From: a virus
Lineage: Duplodnaviria; Caudoviricetes
Virus record (IMG/VR): IMGVR_UViG_3300037631_006477
Span: 1 to 28,220 of that record
Length of the DNA: 28,220 nt
Direction: 5' to 3' (one strand)
The notes beneath the pieces are model-generated. The model saw only the letters and a program-made list of their open reading frames with translations. It was not told where the DNA came from and made no database searches. Numbering within the stretch: position 1 is the first letter of the stretch; the number at the start of each line of letters is the position of its first letter. The translations under genes were made by a program, and so were the position numbers. Below are positions 1-8,742 of the stretch, piece by piece.

Positions 1-39
1 TAAACCATGCTTTTCAATTGTAAGTCTAAATCTTTTCAT
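1..39 (-). CDS. 5' end of a hypothetical protein running off the window (MKRFRLTIEKHGL...)
   Basis: ATG at 39 preceded by AAGGTA, directly after the stop of the upstream small ORF. Confidence 0.5.
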   Translation of the reverse strand, partial: MKRFRLTIEKHGL

Positions 40-50
40 TGTTTTACCTT

Positions 51-215
51 TTAAATTGTATATTTTTTTGCAGCATTCTCTGCTTTTTCTTTTGTTTGAA
101 AAGAACCAATATATGTCCAACCTGTTGACCACGTATTGATTGCTTTGTGGTATAATTTAAAAACATTATTACTATTAACTATTTTAAATGTTTCTTTATT
201 GAAATTATATAACAT
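51..215 (-). CDS. Small hypothetical protein, 54 aa (MLYNFNKETFKIV...WTYIGSFQTKEKAENAAKKYTI)
   Basis: Hand-translated, below the ORF-track cutoff; AAAGGA RBS; fills the gap between genes. Confidence 0.7.
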   Translation of the reverse strand: MLYNFNKETFKIVNSNNVFKLYHKAINTWSTGWTYIGSFQTKEKAENAAKKYTI

Positions 216-227
216 TGTATTCCTTTG

Positions 228-1532
228 TTAACAATTAGTTTTAATGTTTACTACCACGTCACATCTGTCAGGTTTAAACATTAAATTAGAATTATGTGTT
301 ATGATCCAGCAACGTTTTAAACCTCTTGAAGATTGAGGCTTAGGAGCTAGACCATCTGTAAAAATAATATACCCGTCAATAGCTTTTTTATTTTTTAAAG
401 CATGTTTTGTAACAGCTTTAAAACATGTACCACCGAAAAGGTTTCTCTCTAACTTTACTCTTTTTCCTTTTTTCCAAAATACCTTTGTATCTTCCTTTAC
501 TCCACAATCAAACTTATATATATAAAAATCTATTAACTTACTTAAGCTATCTAATTCAGTGTAAAAAGGAGCCAAGTCAGAATCTGAAACTGATCCACTT
601 TCATCTATATAAACTGCTATAGTTGGCCTGTAATCTTTCTTAATTCCTGGATGAACATTAGGATATTTTCTATTTAACTTTTTTCTTGAAGATAATCTTT
701 CATTACTTCTTGTAAAACTACAAAATCTTTTTAATATATCTTTCCAGCTTATAGATCTTGAAAACATTTTATTAAGTTGCTTTTGAATACTAAATGGTAC
801 TGAGCCCCAACCTGAATTGTTTCCTTCTTTAACAGCATCTTTTAATATTTCAGATATCTTTCCTTCTATTAACTCTTTTTCTTCTTTACTTATATTACCC
901 CATCCTTCATGATTATCAAATCCTATGTCAAATAAACCTCCATTTTTCTCTTCAGATTCTAATAACTTTTTTATATCTTCGTTTTTCATTAGTTCATTAA
1001 AATAATATTCTGATGTTTTATTGGGTGGCAGTTTCTTTATTAAATCAGATAAATTATTATAATTTGATATACTTTCATCAGACATGATTTGAATATCTTC
1101 GCTAGTTAGCTTTGGAAGGCTTTTTCCTGGAATTAAACCACCTTTAGGTAATTCTCTTTCAGGTATTAAGCTATTTATTGCAAGATCTGTTGAATAGTTC
1201 CAAACAATATGAGGATCTCTTTTTCTATCAGAAGTATGTTTATATATTAAATGTAAACATTCATGCTTTAAAACACCTCTACATTCTTCTTCTGTTAAAC
1301 TAGCAAAAAAGTATCTATTCCACCACAAATTTATTTCTCCATCTTTATGAAGAACACCTGCTGTTGGTATTTGTTCTGTTTCTATCTTGTTTAAACTTCT
1401 TATAATTCTAGAATAAAAAGGTTCATGCATTAATAAGTTTATAAGAGTTTTACTTATTTTAAAGTTTTTAATTTTTTCTTCTGTAACATTTTTATTTTTA
1501 AGGCCTAAATTTGTTGAAGTTGATTCTTTCAT
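228..1532 (-). CDS. Metallopeptidase-like (HExxH) plus VWA domain protein, MoxR partner (DUF2201-like)
   Basis: LKHECLH zinc motif; C-terminal MIDAS IDESGS ... GGT ... FTDG; GGAGG RBS; adjacent to AAA+ ATPase. Confidence 0.85.
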   Translation of the reverse strand: MKESTSTNLGLKNKNVTEEKIKNFKISKTLINLLMHEPFYSRIIRSLNKIETEQIPTAGVLHKDGEINLWWNRYFFASLTEEECRGVLKHECLHLIYKHTSDRKRDPHIVWNYSTDLAINSLIPERELPKGGLIPGKSLPKLTSEDIQIMSDESISNYNNLSDLIKKLPPNKTSEYYFNELMKNEDIKKLLESEEKNGGLFDIGFDNHEGWGNISKEEKELIEGKISEILKDAVKEGNNSGWGSVPFSIQKQLNKMFSRSISWKDILKRFCSFTRSNERLSSRKKLNRKYPNVHPGIKKDYRPTIAVYIDESGSVSDSDLAPFYTELDSLSKLIDFYIYKFDCGVKEDTKVFWKKGKRVKLERNLFGGTCFKAVTKHALKNKKAIDGYIIFTDGLAPKPQSSRGLKRCWIITHNSNLMFKPDRCDVVVNIKTNC

Positions 1533-1551
1533 TTTTCCTCCTTTACAAAAT

Positions 1552-1581
1552 ATTTTAATATAAATTGTTAAAATATTACAC
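1552..1581 (-). promoter_or_regulatory. Putative phage promoter GTGTAA-N18-TAAAAT
   Basis: Member of the recurring motif; intergenic, upstream of the VWA gene. Confidence 0.6.
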
Positions 1582-1588
1582 TTTTTGA

Positions 1589-2677
1589 TTATTGCTTGTT
1601 TATAATATCTTTATTTGAGTTTACGATATTTACTAATCTTGCCCCTAAGTAATGATGAATATTTTGTATTGTTACTATATTTCTAGATTTAGAAATGCAA
1701 GACCAAAGATGTAAAATCATTTCATCTGAAATTATATCACATATTTTATATACATTTTTTGATTGTTCAAGATTCCAATCATTTTTTTCTGCATGTTCTC
1801 CTAGTCTTTCAATTAAAGAGTTAATAGCATCGTTTGAAGAGTTTTCTAATTTAGACTTACAGTTATCAAAGCTTTCAAGTAAATCTTCAGGTTTTATTTG
1901 AATTTTAAACTTTTTAACATAATCAACAAAATCTAAAGATGTTTCTTTTCCAATGAAGCCTTGTGACAAATTAAACAGAAAGCTAACGTTTTCTTTACTC
2001 TTTTCTTCTAAATTAATTTCAGAGTATTTAATAGATTGATCTAATCTTGACCAACTAGCAGGAGTTGGAAAAACATTACCTGGCTCTATCGAAGAAGGAT
2101 TAGGAGCAAAATGAGATTTTCTAGTACTTAAAAAACTTATAATAAATTCGTTAACATTGTTTTCTCTTGCCCAAATTTTCCAATCATCAAAGCTAGGTTC
2201 TAAATCAACTGTCCAAAATCTTCTAAGTAACGCTGGATCCATTTCATTTACATCATATTCAGATCCATGATTTATTGCAGAAAATATTCTTGTTTCTGGA
2301 TGTATATTATAAGGATAACCATCTTCATCATTTCCAAGTTGTCTATCTAAAACAATTTGAAAAAAAGCTTGTTGTACTGCAGGTAAAGATCTATTTAATT
2401 CATCTAAGAATAAAACAACAGGCTCGTTACAACATCTTACAAACCATGAAGGCATACAAAACGTCATAACACCTTTCTTTTTCATAGCATCAATATCAGG
2501 ATAACCTAAATCACCTTCAGACATTGTAGATCCTCTAACGTCTATAACAGGTAAATTCATAGAATCACCAATTTGCTTTACAATATAAGACTTTCCAACA
2601 CCTGTTTGAGCTCTTATTAAGATAGCAATATTGGGAGGTATATTTTTAGATGTCTTTTTAAATGTAGAAATATCCAT
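1589..2677 (-). CDS. MoxR/AAA_5-type AAA+ ATPase
   Basis: Walker A AQTGVGKS, Walker B LFLDELNR, Arg finger DPALLRRF, PTPASW. Confidence 0.85.
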   Translation of the reverse strand: MDISTFKKTSKNIPPNIAILIRAQTGVGKSYIVKQIGDSMNLPVIDVRGSTMSEGDLGYPDIDAMKKKGVMTFCMPSWFVRCCNEPVVLFLDELNRSLPAVQQAFFQIVLDRQLGNDEDGYPYNIHPETRIFSAINHGSEYDVNEMDPALLRRFWTVDLEPSFDDWKIWARENNVNEFIISFLSTRKSHFAPNPSSIEPGNVFPTPASWSRLDQSIKYSEINLEEKSKENVSFLFNLSQGFIGKETSLDFVDYVKKFKIQIKPEDLLESFDNCKSKLENSSNDAINSLIERLGEHAEKNDWNLEQSKNVYKICDIISDEMILHLWSCISKSRNIVTIQNIHHYLGARLVNIVNSNKDIINKQ

Positions 2678-2711
2678 TTAATTTTCCTTTTTGTTTATCA
2701 AATACATTGAA

Positions 2712-2740
2712 ATTATATTTTTATATTTTTTTTTATACAC
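2712..2740 (-). promoter_or_regulatory. Putative phage promoter GTGTAT-N17-TATAAT
   Basis: Recurring motif, intergenic upstream of the AAA+ gene. Confidence 0.65.
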
Positions 2741-2753
2741 TAAAATATAAATC

Positions 2754-3086
2754 TTATAATCTATACTGAATGTATATTATTGTTATACTAAGAATTGTCG
2801 ATATTATAGTTTTTGTTGTAAAAGGAGACTCGCTTAAAAAGTAATAAGCCAAAACTGGAAATACTAAATAAGAAAGCCCGAAAAATAAAAATCTTGTTGA
2901 CCAAACTGATTTAAAGTAATCTGTAAAATAAGTCCATGACATTAAATAGCAATATCCAATAGGTATAGAAAAAACTATAGTATTTAATAAAGGTCTATCT
3001 TTCCACCAAGGAACAATATACTGAATGTTGTGCTGAAAGAATACTCCAATTGAGCCACAAAAATACATAAATAATGGCCAAGTCAT
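2754..3086 (-). CDS. Small integral membrane protein (about 4 TM helices, SMR/DMT-like size)
   Basis: Four hydrophobic segments in 110 aa; TAATG coupling to the upstream gene. Confidence 0.65.
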   Translation of the reverse strand: MTWPLFMYFCGSIGVFFQHNIQYIVPWWKDRPLLNTIVFSIPIGYCYLMSWTYFTDYFKSVWSTRFLFFGLSYLVFPVLAYYFLSESPFTTKTIISTILSITIIYIQYRL

Positions 3087-3838
3087 TATTTGTTAACTCC
3101 AATTCTTGCTACTTCTACAAAGCCAGTTCTTTTTAAATCCATAAAGAAAGTCCATCCAGCTCCTCCAAATCTATTTTTAACAGTCTCTAAAACTCTATAA
3201 CCTTTAAAGTCTTCATCTTTCTTTTCAATAGATAAATGTAGCATTGCATCTACCATGTGTTTTAATTTTTGAGAACCTGCCATATTTCCGCTTTTATTAA
3301 CTTGACCAATGCACAAAATATTTATATAATGTTGTTTAGCATAATCAGTTAACATCTGTAATGATCTTACTGCGCTTTGACCGTTAACATGATCTTCGCC
3401 GTATTTACCATCATTAAGAGTTTGCAAAGAATCAACAATTAAAAAGAATTGTTTTTCAGGAAACATTGATCTTAATTTATTACATTGTTTTAATAATCTA
3501 GGAACATAACTTTCTTGACCTGCTACAAAGCCATTAAAAAGTTCTAGTCTTTCGCAAGTCATTTTTATTTGATATAAGCTTTCTTCTGCTGTATTAAATA
3601 AACAACAGTAACCTTGACTAGTTAATGCATCAGCTAAAGTAAGCATTAGTGTTGTTTTTCCAGCTCCTGGCTCTCCTGTAAAAAGAGTCATTGTTGATGG
3701 TGTAAATCCTTCTCCACCAAAAGCGTCATCTATAAAAGGCACATCACATTTATATCTTTCTCTTAATTTCCTTGGTATATTTAAATCAAGAATATTTGTT
3801 CCAAATGAAATATCATCTCTTTTTACATTAAGCTTCAT
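3086..3838 (-). CDS. RadA/Sms-like RecA-family ATPase (ATPase core only)
   Basis: Walker A GEPGAGKT, AEES, Walker B LIVDSLQ, AGSQKLKHMVD, RadA signature KNRFG. Confidence 0.85.
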   Translation of the reverse strand: MKLNVKRDDISFGTNILDLNIPRKLRERYKCDVPFIDDAFGGEGFTPSTMTLFTGEPGAGKTTLMLTLADALTSQGYCCLFNTAEESLYQIKMTCERLELFNGFVAGQESYVPRLLKQCNKLRSMFPEKQFFLIVDSLQTLNDGKYGEDHVNGQSAVRSLQMLTDYAKQHYINILCIGQVNKSGNMAGSQKLKHMVDAMLHLSIEKKDEDFKGYRVLETVKNRFGGAGWTFFMDLKRTGFVEVARIGVNK

Positions 3839-3876
3839 AAAAATTTCCTTAATTTTTTTAAATGTTATTTAATAAA

Positions 3877-3905
3877 ATCATAATATTTATTTTTTTTATT
3901 TACAC
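3877..3905 (-). promoter_or_regulatory. Putative phage promoter GTGTAA-N17-TATGAT
   Basis: Recurring motif, intergenic upstream of the RadA-like gene. Confidence 0.65.
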
Positions 3906-3907
3906 AA

Positions 3908-4213
3908 TTAAATTTTCTTTAAATTTCTACCATTTAACTGAAGTAATTTATTATTGACTAAAACAAGAAAGCTATATTCAGGAATTTTTTTACCAAAATA
4001 TTCTGTATCGCTTACTATTAAGCCTAATTTTAATTGTTCTGTTTTTACATAAACTAATTCGTTTACTTTAAAATTCCATTTTGTTACTTTTTTATTTAGA
4101 CTTTTTTTCTCAAAATTTTCTGTTTTTTTAATTATCTTTTTAAGTGTATTAGAATTTTTACTTTTAATATTTTGTTTAGCTCTTAATAAATCGCTTTTAC
4201 TATATAATGGCAT
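3908..4213 (-). CDS. Hypothetical protein, SH3/KOW-like C-terminal half
   Basis: GGAG RBS; FKVNELVYV...GLIV pattern typical of small phage SH3-like barrels. Confidence 0.6.
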   Translation of the reverse strand: MPLYSKSDLLRAKQNIKSKNSNTLKKIIKKTENFEKKSLNKKVTKWNFKVNELVYVKTEQLKLGLIVSDTEYFGKKIPEYSFLVLVNNKLLQLNGRNLKKI

Positions 4214-4255
4214 TTTTTACTCCAAGAAAAATTTATATATAAAATTATAATAAAT

Positions 4256-4708
4256 TTATGTTTTAATTACACTTATATCAATTTTTTTTCCATAGACTTC
4301 GTGAAGTCCATTTTTTATATATGACATAATACAATTAGTTTTTATTTTATTATACTTACCTGTGTCAAATTCATGATTTAAATGAATTGCTAAGTTTTTA
4401 CCTAAAGTCCAAGCTAGTATTTCTTCGTTTAAGTTACTAACAATATCTTGTTTTGACTTTAAATTTTCAGAATATTCTATAGACATTTTCATATTCTTTG
4501 TTGTATCGTCACCGATATCTAATTTTACATGTCCTGATTCATGTAATAGAGAGAAATATCTTTCTCTCCATTTGTTGTTTTTATTTATAAGAATTTTATT
4601 AAAATTAGGCATCCAATAGTCTTCAGTATCATAAGAAAGAATAACATTGACATTAAATTCTTTTTTTAAATAATATTCTATTTCTTTAAAATATTTTTTA
4701 TATTTCAT
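4256..4708 (-). CDS. HExxH zinc metallopeptidase-like protein (ImmA/IrrE-like)
   Basis: ERYFSLLHESGH plus downstream EEILAW. Confidence 0.7.
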   Translation of the reverse strand: MKYKKYFKEIEYYLKKEFNVNVILSYDTEDYWMPNFNKILINKNNKWRERYFSLLHESGHVKLDIGDDTTKNMKMSIEYSENLKSKQDIVSNLNEEILAWTLGKNLAIHLNHEFDTGKYNKIKTNCIMSYIKNGLHEVYGKKIDISVIKT

Positions 4709-4731
4709 ATTTTATTTAACCTTTCAAGGTT

Positions 4732-4761
4732 ATTATAAAATTAATAATTTTTATTTTACAC
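4732..4761 (-). promoter_or_regulatory. Putative phage promoter GTGTAA-N18-TATAAT
   Basis: Recurring motif, intergenic. Confidence 0.7.
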
Positions 4762-4766
4762 TTAAA

Positions 4767-5432
4767 TTATTTAAAGTATTTTTTAAAAATTAAGTGATAA
4801 ACTGTTGAAAATAAATTTTTTGTTTTAAAAATAAATAAAGATAAGTCAACATCAGCTGGTGTTTTATTTTTTAAACAGCTTATTTTAGATAATTCTAAGT
4901 ACATATATAAAAAGTCTGTTCTTTTTTTGTAAAAAGAATTACATTTTCCATAAACACCTGAATTATGATGACACATATGAAGTTTTTTATTGTCAAGAAT
5001 GTTTAATAACTTTTTCATTGTTTTAACAGAATAACTTGTTTTTTGAAGTTTATTACATTCTTTATCTATTTTTTCTAAGTTTTCTGATTCTTTCCAACCT
5101 GAAAATCCTTTTCTTCTTCTAAACATAGGGTAACTGTATCTTGCGTGAATTTGATAAGTTCCACATGCTTTACCTTTATCACCTTTTCTTACGTTAACGT
5201 TTAGCCTTGATTCTATCCAGGATAAAGCTATTAATCTAGAATCAATATTATTATTTTCCCAACTATATTTAAATAAAGACTTCACGCTTTTTTTTCTATT
5301 GTTCTTAACTTTTAATATCTCAAAGTTTTTTTTAATTTCTATTTTTGAAATAGTATTAGCTGCCTCAATCATACATTGAGGAGTTAAGTTTAAAATTGCT
5401 AAAATATAAAACATTATACTCCTTTTAATCAT
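4767..5432 (-). CDS. Lytic transglycosylase (SLT/lysozyme-like) protein with N-terminal hydrophobic segment
   Basis: IALSWIESRL (catalytic E-S), ACGTYQI (GxxQ), HHNSG (YNxG-like). Confidence 0.65.
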   Translation of the reverse strand: MIKRSIMFYILAILNLTPQCMIEAANTISKIEIKKNFEILKVKNNRKKSVKSLFKYSWENNNIDSRLIALSWIESRLNVNVRKGDKGKACGTYQIHARYSYPMFRRRKGFSGWKESENLEKIDKECNKLQKTSYSVKTMKKLLNILDNKKLHMCHHNSGVYGKCNSFYKKRTDFLYMYLELSKISCLKNKTPADVDLSLFIFKTKNLFSTVYHLIFKKYFK

Positions 5433-5646
5433 AAATTCTGATAAGATCTCCCGATAAATATCTTTCTCTTTTTATTACAATTTCATTGTTCTGGTTTTTT
5501 TCTTTATACTCCAAGGTAATATAAACCTTAGAATCTGTCGTTCCTCCAATAGTCCATTGATTATTTTTAATATACCTTATATCTACAACTTTTCCTACTC
5601 TATTTGTAGATAAATAATGTGATGCTTTAAAACCTATTTTAAACAT
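5425..5646 (-). CDS. Hypothetical protein (small beta-barrel type)
   Basis: AAGGA RBS, promoter motif upstream. Confidence 0.65.
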   Translation of the reverse strand: MFKIGFKASHYLSTNRVGKVVDIRYIKNNQWTIGGTTDSKVYITLEYKEKNQNNEIVIKRERYLSGDLIRIYD

Positions 5647-5686
5647 AAGTGTAATTCCTTTTTAAATTATTGTTTCAACAACACGT

Positions 5687-5715
5687 ATTATAATAAAATA
5701 ATTTAAAAATTACAC
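5687..5715 (-). promoter_or_regulatory. Putative phage promoter GTGTAA-N17-TATAAT
   Basis: Recurring motif, intergenic. Confidence 0.7.
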
Positions 5716-5724
5716 TTGTAATTT

Positions 5725-6138
5725 CTATATTAAACCGCATTCTTTCATAGATAAAAGAACATCTAACAAAGATTGAGCAACTGAAGTATGACATGTTGCG
5801 CCTGTTGATTGTAATATTGGCTCTAACATAATTTGTATATTATCAGGTTCAGATAGAAAATGATTTGAACATGATTGATATGAATCTCTACAAGGAACAA
5901 CGTTTAAAGATCCTTTCTCTCTTTTTTTATAGCAATCAAGAGTTTCAGGATTTTTTGCATGAAATTCTATATGATCAACATACTCGTCTGTAGTTACTGT
6001 TCCATCATTATCTAAATCGAAATGATTGTATAGTTCTTGTGGACTAACTACTCCATCGCTACCAGCTTTTAAGCTTCCTTCACTAATAATATTTAAAAAG
6101 TTTCTTGTAATTTTTCTTTCATTTAGTAATTTACTCAT
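5725..6138 (-). CDS. EF-hand protein with putative cleavable leader
   Basis: Canonical loop DLDNDGTVTTDE; degenerate loop GSDGVVSPQE; leader MSKLLNE...IISE. Confidence 0.7.
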   Translation of the reverse strand: MSKLLNERKITRNFLNIISEGSLKAGSDGVVSPQELYNHFDLDNDGTVTTDEYVDHIEFHAKNPETLDCYKKREKGSLNVVPCRDSYQSCSNHFLSEPDNIQIMLEPILQSTGATCHTSVAQSLLDVLLSMKECGLI

Positions 6139-6177
6139 GATATTTCCCTTGTTAATTAAATTTAAATATGTTTTATT

Positions 6178-7317
6178 TTAAGAATTATCATGAGAATCTT
6201 TTCTTGTGTTTCCTTTTTTTATCTGACTTTTCATTCTTTCTTGAGACTTTATGTCTTCTTTGTTATTATTAATATTTCTTTTTGCATTTTCTTCTTTTAT
6301 CACTAAATTTGAAATAACATTACTTAATTTGTTTAAAGTATAACAAGCAATATGAGCTGAATCTTTAAAAATTATTCTCTCAGAAGAAGAATTACTTATA
6401 TCTCTTTCCAATAAAGTTAGACAATTATCTAAAGCTACATTAAAGTATGATTTATATAATCTAGCAAGTCCACATATATTTTCGCAAGAAACAGGATTTT
6501 TTTTATGAGGCATAGAACTAGATCCTTTTTGTCCTGCAGAAAAAGGCTCAGACATTTCATCTATTCCATCAATGCTATAAATTCTTATATCATAAGATAT
6601 TTTTTCTACAGTTAAAATTACTTTTAGAATGCTATAAAAATAATCTAAATAAATATCTCTAGATATAATTTGAGAAGAAACAACAGGCTTTAAACCAATA
6701 TTACTTAATGCTATTTTTTCATTTTCTCTAGAGTTTGTTGTATAATTACCACTAGGGCCTGATAGTTTTCCATAACATAATTTGTTTTTAGCAATACACA
6801 ATTCGTCATAAGCTCTTCTTGTTTGAGAAAGCCATCTATTAAAAACATCTTTATATGTTTGAATTTCAGCAGGCTTACCATGCGTTCTAGCTAAAATTTC
6901 GCTATTAGAGATATCTTTTTTAATAATGTTTTGAATAGAGTATATTAAATTAGCTGTACTATTTATAATATGTGACAAACTTTCTCTACATAACAAAGTA
7001 AGAGAAGTATCTATAATATCAGAAGATGTTAATCCGTAATGAATCCATCTTCCTGAATTATCGGGTATTGATTCTTCAAGCATTTGAACAAAAGCTTGAA
7101 CATCATGCTTTGTAACTCTTTCTATATCTTTCCACTTATCAATATCTATTTTAACATTAGATCTAATTGTTTTAAGCTCTTCGTTAGATACTGTTTTTTC
7201 TGTTATACTACAATTTAATGAATCTAAATGATATAATTCTATTTTAAGCCAAGTATTTAATTTATTCTTTGTTGACCATATATCTGATATTTCTTTTACT
7301 TTATAACGAGGTATCAT
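6178..7317 (-). CDS. purB: Adenylosuccinate lyase (C-terminally shortened)
   Basis: MIPRY start, TKHDV, HYGLTSSD, ARTHG, signature GSSSMPHKKNP, ERDISNSSSER. Confidence 0.93.
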   Translation of the reverse strand: MIPRYKVKEISDIWSTKNKLNTWLKIELYHLDSLNCSITEKTVSNEELKTIRSNVKIDIDKWKDIERVTKHDVQAFVQMLEESIPDNSGRWIHYGLTSSDIIDTSLTLLCRESLSHIINSTANLIYSIQNIIKKDISNSEILARTHGKPAEIQTYKDVFNRWLSQTRRAYDELCIAKNKLCYGKLSGPSGNYTTNSRENEKIALSNIGLKPVVSSQIISRDIYLDYFYSILKVILTVEKISYDIRIYSIDGIDEMSEPFSAGQKGSSSMPHKKNPVSCENICGLARLYKSYFNVALDNCLTLLERDISNSSSERIIFKDSAHIACYTLNKLSNVISNLVIKEENAKRNINNNKEDIKSQERMKSQIKKGNTRKDSHDNS

Positions 7318-7345
7318 ATTTTTCCTTTTTTAAAATCAAATTTTT

Positions 7346-7555
7346 TTATATAATCTCTTTTCTTAATTTAGAAATAGATTTTATTTTTAAAGTATCTTTT
7401 GGCATAACCATTAATTTAGAATCTACTAATACTTCGCAATAAGATTTATAACTTTTCAATATTACAAATTCTTCATCTTTACAATTAATAACTAAGCCTA
7501 AAGAGTTAGCGTATTCCATGAATACTAAGTCTCCTGATTCAATTTCACATTCCAT
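7346..7555 (-). CDS. Hypothetical protein (SH3-like)
   Basis: GAGGTG RBS inside purA end; IESGDLV...GLVI pattern. Confidence 0.6.
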   Translation of the reverse strand: MECEIESGDLVFMEYANSLGLVINCKDEEFVILKSYKSYCEVLVDSKLMVMPKDTLKIKSISKLRKEII

Positions 7556-8742
7556 TGTATTTCACCTCTCTTAGGTCCACTTGTAAAAGTTATATGTTTT
7601 ACGCCTGTTACTTTTTTTATAAATGTTAATATGTTTTTAAATGATTCATCTAAAAGATTAACAGAGTTTATTTTTGGTATCTTTAGAAGCTGTTTGTTAT
7701 GATATACAAAAGGATCTTCTACTAATGAAAAAACATCTGATTTTATTACACATAAATGAGTTACACCGTTTTTTTGTATAGCATCATATACTTCGTCTAA
7801 ATCTAACCAACCACATTTCCTAGGCCTTCCTGTAGTTGCTCCGTATTCTTTTCCATGATATGCTAATAAATCTTCTACTTCTGAATTACATCTACTATTA
7901 AATTCTCCAGATCCAACTTTTGTTTTATAAATTTTTGTAACTCCAATTACTTCATTTATTTGTAGATGATTTAAACCTGTACTATTTAATGCCCCACCAA
8001 TAGTAGGAAAAGAAGAAGTAACATTTGGATAATTTTCAGAATCTATACTTAGTCCATATCCTTGAGCACCTTCAAGTAATATATTTTTATTTTGTTTATA
8101 AAGATCTTGTATTAAGTTTTCATTTTCTAATAATAGATCCTGCAAGAATATAACAGCTTTTTTGTATTTTTCCGACCACTCTTCAAAGAAGAAAATATTA
8201 TTATTTAAAGTATTTTCTTCTAAAGATAAATTACAATTCTTTAAATAATTTTGAAATTCAAAAAATTTGTTTTTTATTCTTTCTAAAGAATCATATGGAT
8301 TTCTTACTAAATCTTTAAACAGCAAAGAATCTCTAGCATAAAAATCAGAATAAGCTGGACCTATTCCTTTAGCTGTAGTTCCTATTTTTCCTTGATATTT
8401 TAACTTATCTTTTAATATATGAGTTGGCTCAATAACTGGACATAAACCTGATATTTTTATTTGAGGTGATAAATCTTTAAATGAATTAATTTCTTCAAAT
8501 AAGTCGACTGGGTTTATCACACATCCTTTAGATATAATATTAATCTTGTTTTCGTTTAATACACCTACAGGAAGTTGATGAGTTACGTATTTATTTCCAT
8601 TTCTATCGTATACAGTATGACCTGCATTACCACCTCCTTGAAATCTAATAATAACATCAGCCCAAGTCTGAACTAAATCGTCAACTATTCTACCTTTACC
8701 TTCGTCTCCGTGCTGGAGACCTAATACTAATTTAACTGGCAT
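7525..8742 (-). CDS. purA: Adenylosuccinate synthetase
   Basis: QHGDEGKG, QGGGNAGHT, IGTTAKGIGPAY, LEGAQG, YPNVTSS, EYGATTGRPRKCGWLD. Confidence 0.95.
   Translation of the reverse strand: MPVKLVLGLQHGDEGKGRIVDDLVQTWADVIIRFQGGGNAGHTVYDRNGNKYVTHQLPVGVLNENKINIISKGCVINPVDLFEEINSFKDLSPQIKISGLCPVIEPTHILKDKLKYQGKIGTTAKGIGPAYSDFYARDSLLFKDLVRNPYDSLERIKNKFFEFQNYLKNCNLSLEENTLNNNIFFFEEWSEKYKKAVIFLQDLLLENENLIQDLYKQNKNILLEGAQGYGLSIDSENYPNVTSSFPTIGGALNSTGLNHLQINEVIGVTKIYKTKVGSGEFNSRCNSEVEDLLAYHGKEYGATTGRPRKCGWLDLDEVYDAIQKNGVTHLCVIKSDVFSLVEDPFVYHNKQLLKIPKINSVNLLDESFKNILTFIKKVTGVKHITFTSGPKRGEIQWNVKLNQET

Noticed and set aside
7525-8742. PurZ (2-aminoadenine Z-genome pathway)
   Set aside because: The catalytic Asp of PurA is retained (GDEGKG rather than GSxGKG), and no DatZ/MazZ-like gene is visible in the window.
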